From the NCBI GenBank assembly GCA_965217895.1, contig CBDCJV010000002.1:3072001-3136000 (forward strand): 64,000 bases of DNA, written 5' to 3'. Source of the stretch: Waterburya sp. (GTDB taxonomy: Bacteria > Cyanobacteriota > Cyanobacteriia > Cyanobacteriales > Xenococcaceae). The notes under the pieces were generated by a model that saw only the letters and a program-made list of their open reading frames with translations, was not told the origin of the DNA and did not search any database. Of the stretch, positions 48,604 through 59,226 are shown piece after piece. Positions within the stretch are counted from its first letter, which is position 1, and the number at the start of each line of letters is the position of its first letter. Both the position numbers and the translations under genes were made by a program.

Positions 48604-50847
48604 TTAATTTTTGGCAGGTGGAAGTTCTTTAAGCATTGATTCCCATTGTGGTTGATATGTTTTTTGCAGTTTGGCTTCGCTAGCTTCACCACCATCGGCA
48701 ACGATTCCCAGTATGTTGAACTGACTCAAAAGAGCATTGGCTTCTGATAACTTCGATTTAGTAATACGATTAATTTTTTCGATTAAAACCACTCCCTGAC
48801 AATACTGAGCAGTTTGCAGCACGTCTATATAATCTAAAACAGGAGGAGAACTTAACAGCACTAAGTCGTAGTTGCGTTTGAAAGCCGACATTAATCCTCT
48901 AATCCTAGAAGAATTAAGTAGCTTAATCGGATCGCTTACACTAGAACCCGCCGTGAGAACATCCACCTCTTCGTTTAGTAGTGAAACGGTTTGAATATGG
49001 GCATCGATAACTTCTCCCGTTAAAAATTCTGATAGTCCTCGTTCATTGCTCACCTCTAACTTCTCATGAAGATTAGGAAAACGAAAATTAGTATCAATTA
49101 GCAGTACTTTTTGACCAGTACGTATCGCGCTTGAAGCCAAGCCTAACATTAAAGCTAAAGTATCTACTCCTGATTCGATGGAGGTGACTAGTAATGATTG
49201 ACTTTTATCTAGACCTGACTGTTTGACATTTTGATAAATCAAATCTAGAGATTCTCTGAGAGGTCTGAGGTAAATAGCTTGTTCTACAGAACGATTGCGA
49301 TCGCTAAACTGATTTAATAATAGTTCTGAGTTTTGCTGATTGATGTTGTCGGCTGGTAGTTCGGGGATTACGCCCAACAAAGTTTGGGCAGATTCTTCTG
49401 CAAGCTGTTTAGGGCTGTGAACTGTATCATCTAAGATATCTCTGCCAAAAGCTGCACCAATTCCCAGAAATGAGCCAACTACTACCCCTGCTAATAGTGT
49501 TTTTAGCTTGCTAGGAGTTTCATCTTCCCCAAAGATAGGTGGTTCTACTACCTGCCACTTTAAGCCACCGCGATCAATCTCGATACTTAATTTTTGTCGA
49601 GCCGATAACAATTGTTGCACAGTGGCTTGTCGTACATCTACTTCTGGTTTAAGACGATTGTACTCGGCAATCAGATTAGGAAAACGGTCTAGTTCGGCTC
49701 GCAGTTGTTTTTCTGTTGCTGCCAAACTTTTTTCTTGAGCTTGAAGAGAATCTAATTGAACTTTTAATTTAGCCAACTGATTTGCAGCTTCTAAGTCATT
49801 ATCACCCATTTGCCCGTCTCTTAATAAGTTAGCTTCGGTTAGAGCCAAATTTTTAGGAACAACACCTAAAATATTTTGAGCTTCTGCTTTTAACATCGAG
49901 CGTTCTTTTTGCACTTGTTCTCTAAGATTCTCCACTACTGGATGATTTGACTTGAACTGAGCTTGTTTAGCATTTAGAGCTAGTTCGGTTTTTTGCATTT
50001 CTTCTAGTAGGGTTATATAGCGGGAAGATTGGCTGAGACGAGATGCTGCTGAAGCTTCTTGTGGAGTGCGCTCTAGCTGATTTTGCCAAGCTGTATACTG
50101 CGCTAAAGTGTTTTGATAATTTACTCTTACCTGACGCTTTTGAGCTTGAACGTCTTTGAGGTCTGCTGCTGCGCTGCTAGCCCTTTGCACGGGATCGATT
50201 AAGTTATAGTTTTTGCGAAAGTCTTCTAGGGCGTTTTCTGCTTGAGTTACTTTATTGCGGGCGATGGGTAATTGATTATTTATAAAAAATAGCCCCTGAG
50301 CCAACCTAGCTTGCTGTTGCTCGCGAGTGTAGTCTTGATAGACTTGAATGATAGTTTCTAGTACTTTTTTAGTTTTTTCGGGGTCATTGTCAAGATAGGT
50401 AGCCTCAAAAACCTTAGTCTTGATGCGATCGTCATCATAATCATCTCCTTGAACCTGTTCGATCTCAAAATTATCTTCCAAGGTATCTAGTTTTAAATTA
50501 GGATATTTAGAAATCAACGATTTTTGGACTTTTTTTAAGAGCTGCGTGCTGCGCATTACTTCTAGTTGAGTGGCATAGTCTTCTACCTCTACATCAGAGT
50601 CTTCGTAAGTATTTGTTTGCACCCCTGTTTCTTTGTTACGGTATACAGACTCAATCAATAGCTGAAAAGAACTTTCGTATACTGGTTCTTGAGTTAAAGC
50701 CAAAACCGTTGCCAATGACAAGGCTCCTCCTAAAATTCCTAAAAACCAGCTTCGTCGGCGAACTAAAGTAGATAAGAGTTTGCCATAACCTAAGTCAGCA
50801 TCTAACTCTACTTCTGGTACTTTATTTTCCTTAATTATTGCTGTCAT
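48604..50847 (-). CDS. wzc: Wzc/GumC polysaccharide co-polymerase with degenerate kinase domain
   Basis: TM1, PVYES, long coiled coil, WQVVEPP, TM2, P-loop-like C-terminal domain. Confidence 0.82.
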   Translation of the reverse strand: MTAIIKENKVPEVELDADLGYGKLLSTLVRRRSWFLGILGGALSLATVLALTQEPVYESSFQLLIESVYRNKETGVQTNTYEDSDVEVEDYATQLEVMRSTQLLKKVQKSLISKYPNLKLDTLEDNFEIEQVQGDDYDDDRIKTKVFEATYLDNDPEKTKKVLETIIQVYQDYTREQQQARLAQGLFFINNQLPIARNKVTQAENALEDFRKNYNLIDPVQRASSAAADLKDVQAQKRQVRVNYQNTLAQYTAWQNQLERTPQEASAASRLSQSSRYITLLEEMQKTELALNAKQAQFKSNHPVVENLREQVQKERSMLKAEAQNILGVVPKNLALTEANLLRDGQMGDNDLEAANQLAKLKVQLDSLQAQEKSLAATEKQLRAELDRFPNLIAEYNRLKPEVDVRQATVQQLLSARQKLSIEIDRGGLKWQVVEPPIFGEDETPSKLKTLLAGVVVGSFLGIGAAFGRDILDDTVHSPKQLAEESAQTLLGVIPELPADNINQQNSELLLNQFSDRNRSVEQAIYLRPLRESLDLIYQNVKQSGLDKSQSLLVTSIESGVDTLALMLGLASSAIRTGQKVLLIDTNFRFPNLHEKLEVSNERGLSEFLTGEVIDAHIQTVSLLNEEVDVLTAGSSVSDPIKLLNSSRIRGLMSAFKRNYDLVLLSSPPVLDYIDVLQTAQYCQGVVLIEKINRITKSKLSEANALLSQFNILGIVADGGEASEAKLQKTYQPQWESMLKELPPAKN

Positions 50848-50977
50848 TGTCCAAAACTAAACTATTGTATTTGTTTAATGTGATTTTAAAATTCGGTTAA
50901 TATTATCGTAATTTTTTGATGTATCCTGATTTTAAAAATCATTTGATTTTGCCGATTAGTTTCCGTCTCTTACTTTT

Positions 50978-52132
50978 CTAATTGAGACTGTTTCTGTTCA
51001 TTTCGATAGTTGGCTGTAACTGGCTCGGTTCGACGGAATCGGCAATAGAGCGATCGCAAACCGATTCAATGATTTTAGTTACTTTTTGAAAGAACACTAC
51101 TTCAGAGAAGTTAGATATGGCATGATGTCTGATTTGAGAGCTATCCCAGTTTATTTTTTCTGCTTCTAAAATTGCTTGTTTGAGATCTTCTACGGTTTGA
51201 GAACCAAAAAACACGCCAGTTTTGCCTGAGACTTGAGTATCTAGGACTCCTCCTGCGCCATAAGAAATTACTGGTGTACCGCTAGCGTTGGCTTCTACAG
51301 GTACTAAGCCATAATCTTCTAAAGCAGCGACTATTACTGTTCTGGCTTTTGCCATCAGTTCTCTTCTTCGGCGATCGCTAACATAACCGAGAAACTTAAT
51401 ATTATCGTTTGCCTGAGCCTCTAGATTTTTTCTCTCCGGACCGTCCCCAATAATTGACAATGGCAATTCTAATTGGTTGAAAGCTTCAATAATTACCGAG
51501 ACTTTTTTATAGCCAAATAGACGACAGGCAACTAGATAGTAATCATCTTTGCTATCTGAATAATGAAATTTTTCGCTGTCAATAGGATAATTAATCGTGA
51601 CTGACTTTCTGCCATAATACTGCTTAATTCTTTTGGCAACAGTAGTAGAATTGGCAATATACAAATCTGGTTCACCAGAACATTTTAAATCGGTTTTTCG
51701 CATGAGATCAAATATTCTCTCAATTAAAAAATCGTATTTTTTATAATTAGAATACTGCTGTAAATAAGTTTGGGTATCCCAGAGAAAACGAGTCACATTG
51801 TGACAAAAACAGATATGTTTCGCTGATTCTCTGGTACGAATAGCTTTTGCAAAACTACTGGTGCTACTAATCACTAGATCGTAGTCTCGTAAGTCTAAAG
51901 ACCTAAACGCTGAGTAGTATAGTGGAGCGAGTAAACGAAAGTACTTAGCTGATCCTGGTAAATACTGTAAAAATGTTACGTTTACTTTGCGGTTTTCCAA
52001 ATCAATAGTGTTATCTCGATCATAAACAGATGTATAAATATCGGCTTGAGGAAAGTAACTGCACAATAATTCAAATACTCTTTCTGCCCCTCCTCTTTGA
52101 GTTAAGTAGTCATGCACCAAGGCGATTTTCAT
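50978..52132 (-). CDS. GT4 glycosyltransferase (WbaZ/RfbU-like)
   Basis: ALVHDYL..GGAERV, EDYGLVPVEA. Confidence 0.9.
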   Translation of the reverse strand: MKIALVHDYLTQRGGAERVFELLCSYFPQADIYTSVYDRDNTIDLENRKVNVTFLQYLPGSAKYFRLLAPLYYSAFRSLDLRDYDLVISSTSSFAKAIRTRESAKHICFCHNVTRFLWDTQTYLQQYSNYKKYDFLIERIFDLMRKTDLKCSGEPDLYIANSTTVAKRIKQYYGRKSVTINYPIDSEKFHYSDSKDDYYLVACRLFGYKKVSVIIEAFNQLELPLSIIGDGPERKNLEAQANDNIKFLGYVSDRRRRELMAKARTVIVAALEDYGLVPVEANASGTPVISYGAGGVLDTQVSGKTGVFFGSQTVEDLKQAILEAEKINWDSSQIRHHAISNFSEVVFFQKVTKIIESVCDRSIADSVEPSQLQPTIEMNRNSLN

Positions 52133-52194
52133 ATTATGTTTTGCTATTTAAACTGTGTTCAAATGACTTTTTATTGAGAAAAATCGCCTATTTT

Positions 52195-52415
52195 AGGCGG
52201 TTTATTAACAAATGCTAACTTTACCTAAGTAATAATACCAATAAAATTAGACATAAACCCGCTAAATTAAATACAAAATGATTAAAAAGTCTTTAAGCCT
52301 CTTCTCGCTAAAGTTAAATAATCATATACCAAGGCGGTTTTCAAATAATGCTAAATTTATTTAAGTAGTAATATCAATGAAATTATACGTAAATGCATGA
52401 AATCAAGTACAAAAT
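52195..52415. promoter_or_regulatory. Two diverged 85-bp direct repeats in the divergent promoter region
   Basis: 52195-52279 and 52332-52415 both read AGGCGGTTT..AATGCTAA.TTTA..TAAGTA.TAATA.CAAT.AAATTA.AC.TAAA..TACAAAAT. Confidence 0.65.
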
Positions 52416-52464
52416 TTAGGTCTGATTGAAAAACTCAAGCCCAAAATAAAATATCATTATCTTT

Positions 52465-53613
52465 ATGAAGACTTTACAAATAGGTATGGGCTGGTTTCCT
52501 GAAGAGTCAGGAGGACTAAACCGCTATTATTATGGTTCCAGTCGCCATTTACCAAAAGCTGGTGTAGACATTCAAGGGTTACTCACGGGATCTGAGCAAA
52601 TAGCAAATACTATTCAACAGCCGATTCAAATTTTTGCCCCTTCTGAAACCTCACTTTTGAATCGGTGGTGGGGAATTCGTAAATTAGTCAAGCAGTTAAA
52701 ATTGGCTGAATATGATGCAGTAGTGACACATTTTGCTCTCTATACTTTTCCTATTCTGAATCAAATCGGCGATCTGCCTCTGATATTCCATTTTCATGGT
52801 CCCTGGGCGTTGGAAAGTAATGCGGAGAACCAAAAAGCATTTAAAGTTAAGCTCAAAAAAACTCTCGAACAATTTGTCTATAGTCGAGCCACTAGTTTTA
52901 TTGTTCTTTCCCAAGCCTTTAAAAAAATCCTTCACGATCAATATGGTATTCCCCTGAATAAAATTCACGTTGTACCTGGAGGAGTAGATCTAGAGCAGTT
53001 TAAAATTTCAAGTTCTCGTATTGAAGCTAGAGCCGAACTGGGTTGGGAGCAGGAGCGAACAATTCTATTTTGTGTACGACGACTAAAAAAACGAATGGGT
53101 TTAGAAAATTTGATTCAGGCGATCGCTCGTGTTAAGAATCAACATCCAGATGTTTTATTGCATATTGGGGGAAAGGGTGCTTTAGCCGAAACATTGCAGA
53201 CACAGATAGCAGAATTAAATTTAACCAATCATGTCCGTTTGCTAGGCTATTTACCAGACGAACAGTTACCTACAGCTTATCGAGCAGCTAATTTTTCGGT
53301 AGTGCCAACTACTTCCTTTGAGGGATTTGGCTTAATTATCATTGAGTCTCTAGCGACAGGAACTCCAGTGTTAGGAACTCCTGTCGGCGGAATTCCCGAA
53401 ATTTTGCAGCCATTTTGTCGCGATCTATTATTTGAAGATACTTCTGTCGATAAGTTAACCCAAGGGATCGTAGAAGTACTATCCCAAAAACGACAGTTAC
53501 CCAGCAGTGAGGCTTGCCAGGCTTATGCCACCGATAACTTTAGTTGGTCGGTAATTGCACCACAAATCAGATCGGTTTACGAGCAGGTGATCGCTGATTT
53601 TCCTAGCCATTAA
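52465..53613 (+). CDS. GT4 glycosyltransferase
   Basis: GGLNRY, FHGPW, VRRLKKRMG, EGFGLIIIES. Confidence 0.9.
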   Translation: MKTLQIGMGWFPEESGGLNRYYYGSSRHLPKAGVDIQGLLTGSEQIANTIQQPIQIFAPSETSLLNRWWGIRKLVKQLKLAEYDAVVTHFALYTFPILNQIGDLPLIFHFHGPWALESNAENQKAFKVKLKKTLEQFVYSRATSFIVLSQAFKKILHDQYGIPLNKIHVVPGGVDLEQFKISSSRIEARAELGWEQERTILFCVRRLKKRMGLENLIQAIARVKNQHPDVLLHIGGKGALAETLQTQIAELNLTNHVRLLGYLPDEQLPTAYRAANFSVVPTTSFEGFGLIIIESLATGTPVLGTPVGGIPEILQPFCRDLLFEDTSVDKLTQGIVEVLSQKRQLPSSEACQAYATDNFSWSVIAPQIRSVYEQVIADFPSH

Positions 53614-53645
53614 TTAGATTAAATATAAATCGAATTACGAATTGA

Positions 53646-54881
53646 ATGTCTTCACTATCTAAAATTTTAGTGCATCTTCACCGTCCACCATTGCCCACCG
53701 ATGGCGGAGATAAACAAAGGTTGATGGGAATGTTAAATTATTTGAGCGATCGCTCAAATAATTTGCTGGTGGATGGCTTTGGCGGAAATACTAAGGGCAG
53801 GGTGGAATGGACGAACAAAGATGCTACCCGAATGCAGTCTTATTTTCGCGATTTTCAATACTATCGAGGGGAAAACAATTTATTAGATTTTATTTACTCC
53901 CGCAGTAAAAGTTTTTACTATCAAAAGCTTTTGGGGCAACAGCTACCTATCGATACAGACTATTTTGCTCCACCCAACTACGTTCGGTATGTCAAAAAAT
54001 TGGTCGAACAAGGCAACTATGACTATATTTGGCTGAATTATATTGAATATGCTGCTCTGGCTACAGAAATTAAAAAATACTCCAAGATCGAGACATTAAT
54101 TGATATTCATGACCTTGGTTGTCAGGCGCGATTAGTTATCAACGATATTGAATATTTGCAAAAGCTCAAATTTGACTATCAACAAAACTTAGTTAAAGAA
54201 GCCAACCTCTTAAATAAATTCGACCGCATTATTGTTAATTCTCAACAAGAAATAGATATTCTTGACTCTTATATTCCAGAAGACAAATTAGTCCTTATTC
54301 CTCATTTACTCAGGGAGGCTGTCGATCTTAAAAATCTAGTTCCCTACGAGCAAAGAGAATTTGATTACGATCTGCTTTTTGTTGGTACTGGGCGCAGTCC
54401 TAATCTCAACGCTATGAATTTTTTCCTAAAAGAGATCTTTCCCTATATTGTCAGGCAAAAGCCAGATATGACATTGGCTTTGGTGGGTTCAATTAACAAA
54501 ATAATTCAAATTCCTAGCCAGCTATCTAAAAATGTTATTAGTCTTGGCTATGTCCAAGATCTATCTGCGATATATCTTCAGGCTAAAATAAATATTTGTC
54601 CGTTGCTCAAAGGTGCAGGTACAAAAGTCAAGTTACAGGAAGCTTTGGCTTACGCACTGCCAATTGTTACTACCCAGGTAGGAGCATCTGGTTTAAAGCT
54701 GGAAGATAATATCAATGCCTATATTGTTGATGACCCCGAAGTATTTGCAAGTAAGATATTAGCTTTGCTCGATAACGAAAAATTGCGCCAAAAACTTTCA
54801 ACCGCAGCTAGTTTAACCTTCCAAGAACACTATGCTAAAGAACGAATATATGAAAAACTAGATAACCTGTTGGGAATTTAA
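53646..54881 (+). CDS. GT4-like glycosyltransferase
   Basis: DGGDKQR, PN..AM..F, GAGTKVKLQEA. Confidence 0.85.
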   Translation: MSSLSKILVHLHRPPLPTDGGDKQRLMGMLNYLSDRSNNLLVDGFGGNTKGRVEWTNKDATRMQSYFRDFQYYRGENNLLDFIYSRSKSFYYQKLLGQQLPIDTDYFAPPNYVRYVKKLVEQGNYDYIWLNYIEYAALATEIKKYSKIETLIDIHDLGCQARLVINDIEYLQKLKFDYQQNLVKEANLLNKFDRIIVNSQQEIDILDSYIPEDKLVLIPHLLREAVDLKNLVPYEQREFDYDLLFVGTGRSPNLNAMNFFLKEIFPYIVRQKPDMTLALVGSINKIIQIPSQLSKNVISLGYVQDLSAIYLQAKINICPLLKGAGTKVKLQEALAYALPIVTTQVGASGLKLEDNINAYIVDDPEVFASKILALLDNEKLRQKLSTAASLTFQEHYAKERIYEKLDNLLGI

Positions 54882-54947
54882 TCGTACTTTATTGACTTTA
54901 GGTTTTTAATTTTTAATTTTTACTCGACGTTAATTCTTGTAAATACA

Positions 54948-55862
54948 ATGGGATATCAAGATATACACTGGAAAGTTGTTGATTATCAAGGTTATCAACT
55001 CAAAGATTCGGAATTATGGTTTCGGGGTCCTGAACCCAAAAAGCTTCAGCAAAATCAGTATTTCGTATGTCTTGGCGCGGCCCAAACATTTGGCTGTTTT
55101 TGTTCTCAGCCTTATCCTGCATTGTTAGAAGACAGTTTAGATTTCCCCGTCCTCAATCTGGGTTGTGGCGGTGCGGGTCCTTTGTTTTATTTACAAAATG
55201 AAGAACTGTGGAACTCAATTAACAATGCCAAATTTGCCATTATCCAAGTGATGTCGGGCAGGAGTGAGAGTAATTCTTTGTTTGATAGCGGTGGTTTGGA
55301 ATATTTGGTTAGGCGATCGGATGGCGAACAGCTTAGTGCTGAAAATGCCTATAGTCAACTGTTAGATCGTAATTATCCTCTAGGAAATATTCCTTCTATC
55401 AAAAGATGGACAAAAAAACTTTATTATTTTCGATCAAACAAACCTGTTAAAAACATTGTTGATGAAACTAGAAGTAACTGGGTAGAAAATTATCAAAAGT
55501 TGTTAGCTAAAATTACCGTACCCAAAATATTGCTTTGGTTTTCTAAAAGGCAGCCAGATTATCAAGAAAGATATTCTAGCTTGGCAAAATTGTTTGGAGA
55601 ATTTCCTCAGTTAATTAATCGAGAAATGGTCGATGCAATTAAAGTACTATGCGATGATTATGTAGAATGTATTAGCGATCGCGGTAGCCCCCAGCTATTA
55701 ATCAATCGCTTTACGGGAAAACCCACTACAATTGACCTTGCCGTCGATCCAGATCGCCCTGATGTTGGAGGAATTTGGACGCATAATACTTATTATCCTT
55801 CCCCTGAAATGCAAATAGACTCGGCTAATATACTCGAACCTATATGTAAAAAATATATTTAA
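54948..55862 (+). CDS. DUF6473-like protein (SGNH-like motifs)
   Basis: CLGAAQTFG, NLGCGGAGP, QVMSGRS, YYPSPEM. Confidence 0.65.
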   Translation: MGYQDIHWKVVDYQGYQLKDSELWFRGPEPKKLQQNQYFVCLGAAQTFGCFCSQPYPALLEDSLDFPVLNLGCGGAGPLFYLQNEELWNSINNAKFAIIQVMSGRSESNSLFDSGGLEYLVRRSDGEQLSAENAYSQLLDRNYPLGNIPSIKRWTKKLYYFRSNKPVKNIVDETRSNWVENYQKLLAKITVPKILLWFSKRQPDYQERYSSLAKLFGEFPQLINREMVDAIKVLCDDYVECISDRGSPQLLINRFTGKPTTIDLAVDPDRPDVGGIWTHNTYYPSPEMQIDSANILEPICKKYI

Positions 55863-55885
55863 AACTAATTCACATTCAGTCTAAA

Positions 55886-56821
55886 ATGAAACCAATTTTA
55901 GTCACGGGGGCAAATCGTTCGGGAACGACTTGGGTAGGCAAAATGCTGTCTTGTTCCGAGCGATTATTGCAGGTATGGGAACCGTTTAATTCTCTGATGC
56001 CTCCAGAATCTAAAATAGCTGGTGCTAATCCTTTTTCTCGTCAGTATCACTATGTTTTGCCCGCACAAACCCCCGCGGTCGAGAATTATCTCAATCGCAG
56101 AATTATCTCGGCTGCATATGTTACAGGTGAGCCTAATCAAAGCAATTTGCGTTTTTTAGGGAAGATTTTTGGCACTCTAAATAATCTTCTTGATTTAAAG
56201 CTCAATACCAAGCAAATTCTATTTAAAGATCCGATCGCTTTACTGTCTGCGGAGTGGTTAGCCCATAAATACAACGCCAGGGTAGTTATCTTAATCAGAC
56301 ATCCTGCTGCTTATGTCAATAGCATTAAGCGAGTCGATTGGGATATGTCTTTAGATGAGTTATGCGCTCAATCAGAATTTTTGGCAACTCTTCCCGCCTC
56401 TTTGGTAGCAGAAATTCGCGATCGCGTTAATTCAAAATCCACAGGTGATGGTTACAATTTAGAAGATGCCGCTTTAAGCTGGAAGGTTTTTCATCAGGTA
56501 ATTTATCAGTATCAACAGGCTCATCCCGACTGGATATTTGTCAAACACGAAGACCTTTGCAGAGACTTTGTTGGTGGTTTTAAAGACTTATATTCTCGGC
56601 TAGCTTTGCCCTGGAGTATAGAAGTTCAAGAAAAAATCGAACAATATTGCGATCGCTCAAAACAGCCCGAACTGGGTTCTCAAATACACATTCTTAACCG
56701 CAATTCTCGTTTAACATCCCAAGTTTGGAAACAAAGCCTAACTCTCCAAGAAATAAACCGAATTAAAGAAATTACCCAAAACGTAGCCGATCTATTTTAT
56801 GGTTCGGACTCTTGGAAGTAA
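55886..56821 (+). CDS. PAPS-dependent sulfotransferase
   Basis: 5'PSB GANRSGTTW, WEPF, 3'PB LIRHPAAYVNS, KHEDL. Confidence 0.88.
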   Translation: MKPILVTGANRSGTTWVGKMLSCSERLLQVWEPFNSLMPPESKIAGANPFSRQYHYVLPAQTPAVENYLNRRIISAAYVTGEPNQSNLRFLGKIFGTLNNLLDLKLNTKQILFKDPIALLSAEWLAHKYNARVVILIRHPAAYVNSIKRVDWDMSLDELCAQSEFLATLPASLVAEIRDRVNSKSTGDGYNLEDAALSWKVFHQVIYQYQQAHPDWIFVKHEDLCRDFVGGFKDLYSRLALPWSIEVQEKIEQYCDRSKQPELGSQIHILNRNSRLTSQVWKQSLTLQEINRIKEITQNVADLFYGSDSWK

Positions 56822-57074
56822 TCATTCTTGTTTTAATTACCTAAAGAAGCTCAATTTGCTCAATTTGTCGAACACAATCAGTTGACTGTGTCTAAAAGTT
56901 TTAGCAACATAACTTTTTTCTGGTATTGTAAATTTAAAGTACGGGACTTTAATAAAAATATTTATAGCTAATGGTTTTTGATCGCTATAGCGATCTTATT
57001 CAGTACCGCTTTTCCCTTTATATTATCGAGCTTAAATTTATAAAATATTTAGATATTAATAGTAAATATTGTTT

Positions 57075-57908
57075 ATGAAGCCTCTGTTGCAAAACCGTTT
57101 AATTATTGAGGCGGGTCGCTCGGAAAATCAGTATTGGAAAGACATTTGGCGTTACCGCGAACTCTTCTATTTCTTGGCTTGGCGCGATATTTTAGTCCGC
57201 TACAAGCAAACGGCGATTGGCGTGGCGTGGGCATTGATCAGACCCTTACTAACGATGATTGTCTTTACCGTCGTGTTTGGTAACATCGCCCAACTACCCT
57301 CTGAAGGCGTACCCTATCCTATTTTAGTATTTGCAGCCATGCTGCCCTGGCAATTTTTTGCCAATGCTTTGAGTGAATGTAGCAACAGCTTGTTGAGTAA
57401 TTCCAATCTTATTTCTAAAGTTTATTTTCCTCGTCTGATTGTCCCTGCTAGTGCGGTAATTGTTAGTTTTGTTGACTTTCTAATTTCAGGCATAATCATG
57501 CTGGCATTGATGGCATGGTACAACTATGTCCCTGACTGGCGAATCTTAACTTTGCCCTTCTTTATTGCGATCGCCTTTACCGCAGCTATCGGAGGAGGAT
57601 TATGGCTAGCTGCTTTAAACGTGCAGTATCGAGATTTTCGCTATATTGTGCCGTTTATCGTTCAATTTGGGCTTTACGTTTCTCCAGTAGGTTTTAGCAG
57701 CACCGTAGTTCCCGAAAAGTGGCGTTTCCTTTATTCACTCAACCCGATGGTAGGGGTTATTGATGGTTTTCGCTGGGCAATTTTGGGGGGAGATACCAAG
57801 CTTTTTTGGTCGGGATTTCTGTTATCGATGGCACTGGTAGCTTTTTTGCTTGTTAGCGGTATTTGGTATTTTCGCAAAATGGAACGAACTTTTGCTGACG
57901 TGATTTAG
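57075..57908 (+). CDS. wzm: ABC-2 polysaccharide export permease
   Basis: RDILVRYKQTAIG..W, KVYFP, YRD, LNPM. Confidence 0.92.
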   Translation: MKPLLQNRLIIEAGRSENQYWKDIWRYRELFYFLAWRDILVRYKQTAIGVAWALIRPLLTMIVFTVVFGNIAQLPSEGVPYPILVFAAMLPWQFFANALSECSNSLLSNSNLISKVYFPRLIVPASAVIVSFVDFLISGIIMLALMAWYNYVPDWRILTLPFFIAIAFTAAIGGGLWLAALNVQYRDFRYIVPFIVQFGLYVSPVGFSSTVVPEKWRFLYSLNPMVGVIDGFRWAILGGDTKLFWSGFLLSMALVAFLLVSGIWYFRKMERTFADVI

Positions 57909-57921
57909 GAGGTTGAGCTAA

Positions 57922-59226
57922 ATGTCTAAAACTATTATTAGGGTTGAGAATTTAGGGAAGAAATACATCATCGGTCAAAATAACCAGCAAGGAACGCAAA
58001 CCTTGAGGGAGTCTTTGACTGCGGGGACAAAATCTCTCGGCAAAAAAATATTATCACCCCGCAAAAAACAACCCAACAAGGCAACTGAAGAATACTGGGC
58101 TTTAAAAGATATTTCTTTTGAGATCGAACAGGGTGAAATTGTTGGTTTTATCGGTCGTAATGGGGCGGGCAAGTCTACCTTGCTCAAAATTCTCAGCCGT
58201 ATTACCGAACCGACAACAGGGCGGATTACTCTTGATGGTAGGGTTGCCAGTCTTTTGGAGGTGGGGACTGGTTTTCATGGAGAACTGACGGGGAGAGAGA
58301 ATATCTATCTCAACGGGGCAATTTTAGGCATGGGCAAAACGGAAATTAAGTGCAAGTTTGATGAGATCGTGGCATTTTCGGAAGTAGAAAAGTTTCTCGA
58401 TACTCCTGTAAAACGCTACTCTTCGGGAATGTATGTAAGGTTGGCTTTTGCGGTAGCTGCTCATTTAGAACCCGAAATTTTGATTGTGGATGAAGTTCTA
58501 GCGGTAGGTGATGCAGCCTTTCAAAAGAAGTGTCTGGGTAAAATGGGAGATGTGGCAACCAAAGAAGGACGAACGGTATTGTTTGTCAGCCACAATATGA
58601 CCACGGTAAGAGCTTTATGTCAAAAAGCTTATTTACTCGATGGTGGTCAAATAAAGTATCAGGGGGTAACTTCAGGAGCAATTGATTTATATATGAAGTC
58701 AGTCAAATCATTGATGATGTCTGATGCTACTTCTTTAGAACAGCGGGGCGATCGCTCTGGAGACGGTAGCGCGATGTTGATTGGGGTTAAGGTAGAAGAT
58801 GCCGATGGCAAAGATATTATTCGCCCGAATAGTCGTCTAAAGGTGACAATTTACTATAAAAGCGATCGCCCTCTAGTTCGTCCTCATTTTTCAGCCACAA
58901 TTTATGATGATCACAAAGATGTAGGCATAGTTTCTTTGGATAGTGAGATTGTCGGTGGTATGGCCGCAACTCTACCACCACAAGGTGAAGTTACCTGTAT
59001 TACGGAGGCGATTAATCTTACTCCAGGAAGATGTTATCTCAATTTATCTCTACTCAAGGCAGGGGTAATGGCAGACTATGTTCGATATGCTACTTATTTT
59101 GATGTGGAAACAGAGGATATTTATGGCACAGGCAGGCTACCTGATCGCGACTGGGTATTGTGTTTGCGCCAGCAACAGTGGCTAGCAGAGGATGGAGGCG
59201 GTAATGAAACAGAAACAACTTCCTAG
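57922..59226 (+). CDS. wzt: ABC polysaccharide export ATPase with C-terminal Wzt_C domain
   Basis: GRNGAGKST, YSSGM signature, VDEVLAVGD, SH; about 170-aa beta-rich C-terminal extension. Confidence 0.92.
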   Translation: MSKTIIRVENLGKKYIIGQNNQQGTQTLRESLTAGTKSLGKKILSPRKKQPNKATEEYWALKDISFEIEQGEIVGFIGRNGAGKSTLLKILSRITEPTTGRITLDGRVASLLEVGTGFHGELTGRENIYLNGAILGMGKTEIKCKFDEIVAFSEVEKFLDTPVKRYSSGMYVRLAFAVAAHLEPEILIVDEVLAVGDAAFQKKCLGKMGDVATKEGRTVLFVSHNMTTVRALCQKAYLLDGGQIKYQGVTSGAIDLYMKSVKSLMMSDATSLEQRGDRSGDGSAMLIGVKVEDADGKDIIRPNSRLKVTIYYKSDRPLVRPHFSATIYDDHKDVGIVSLDSEIVGGMAATLPPQGEVTCITEAINLTPGRCYLNLSLLKAGVMADYVRYATYFDVETEDIYGTGRLPDRDWVLCLRQQQWLAEDGGGNETETTS

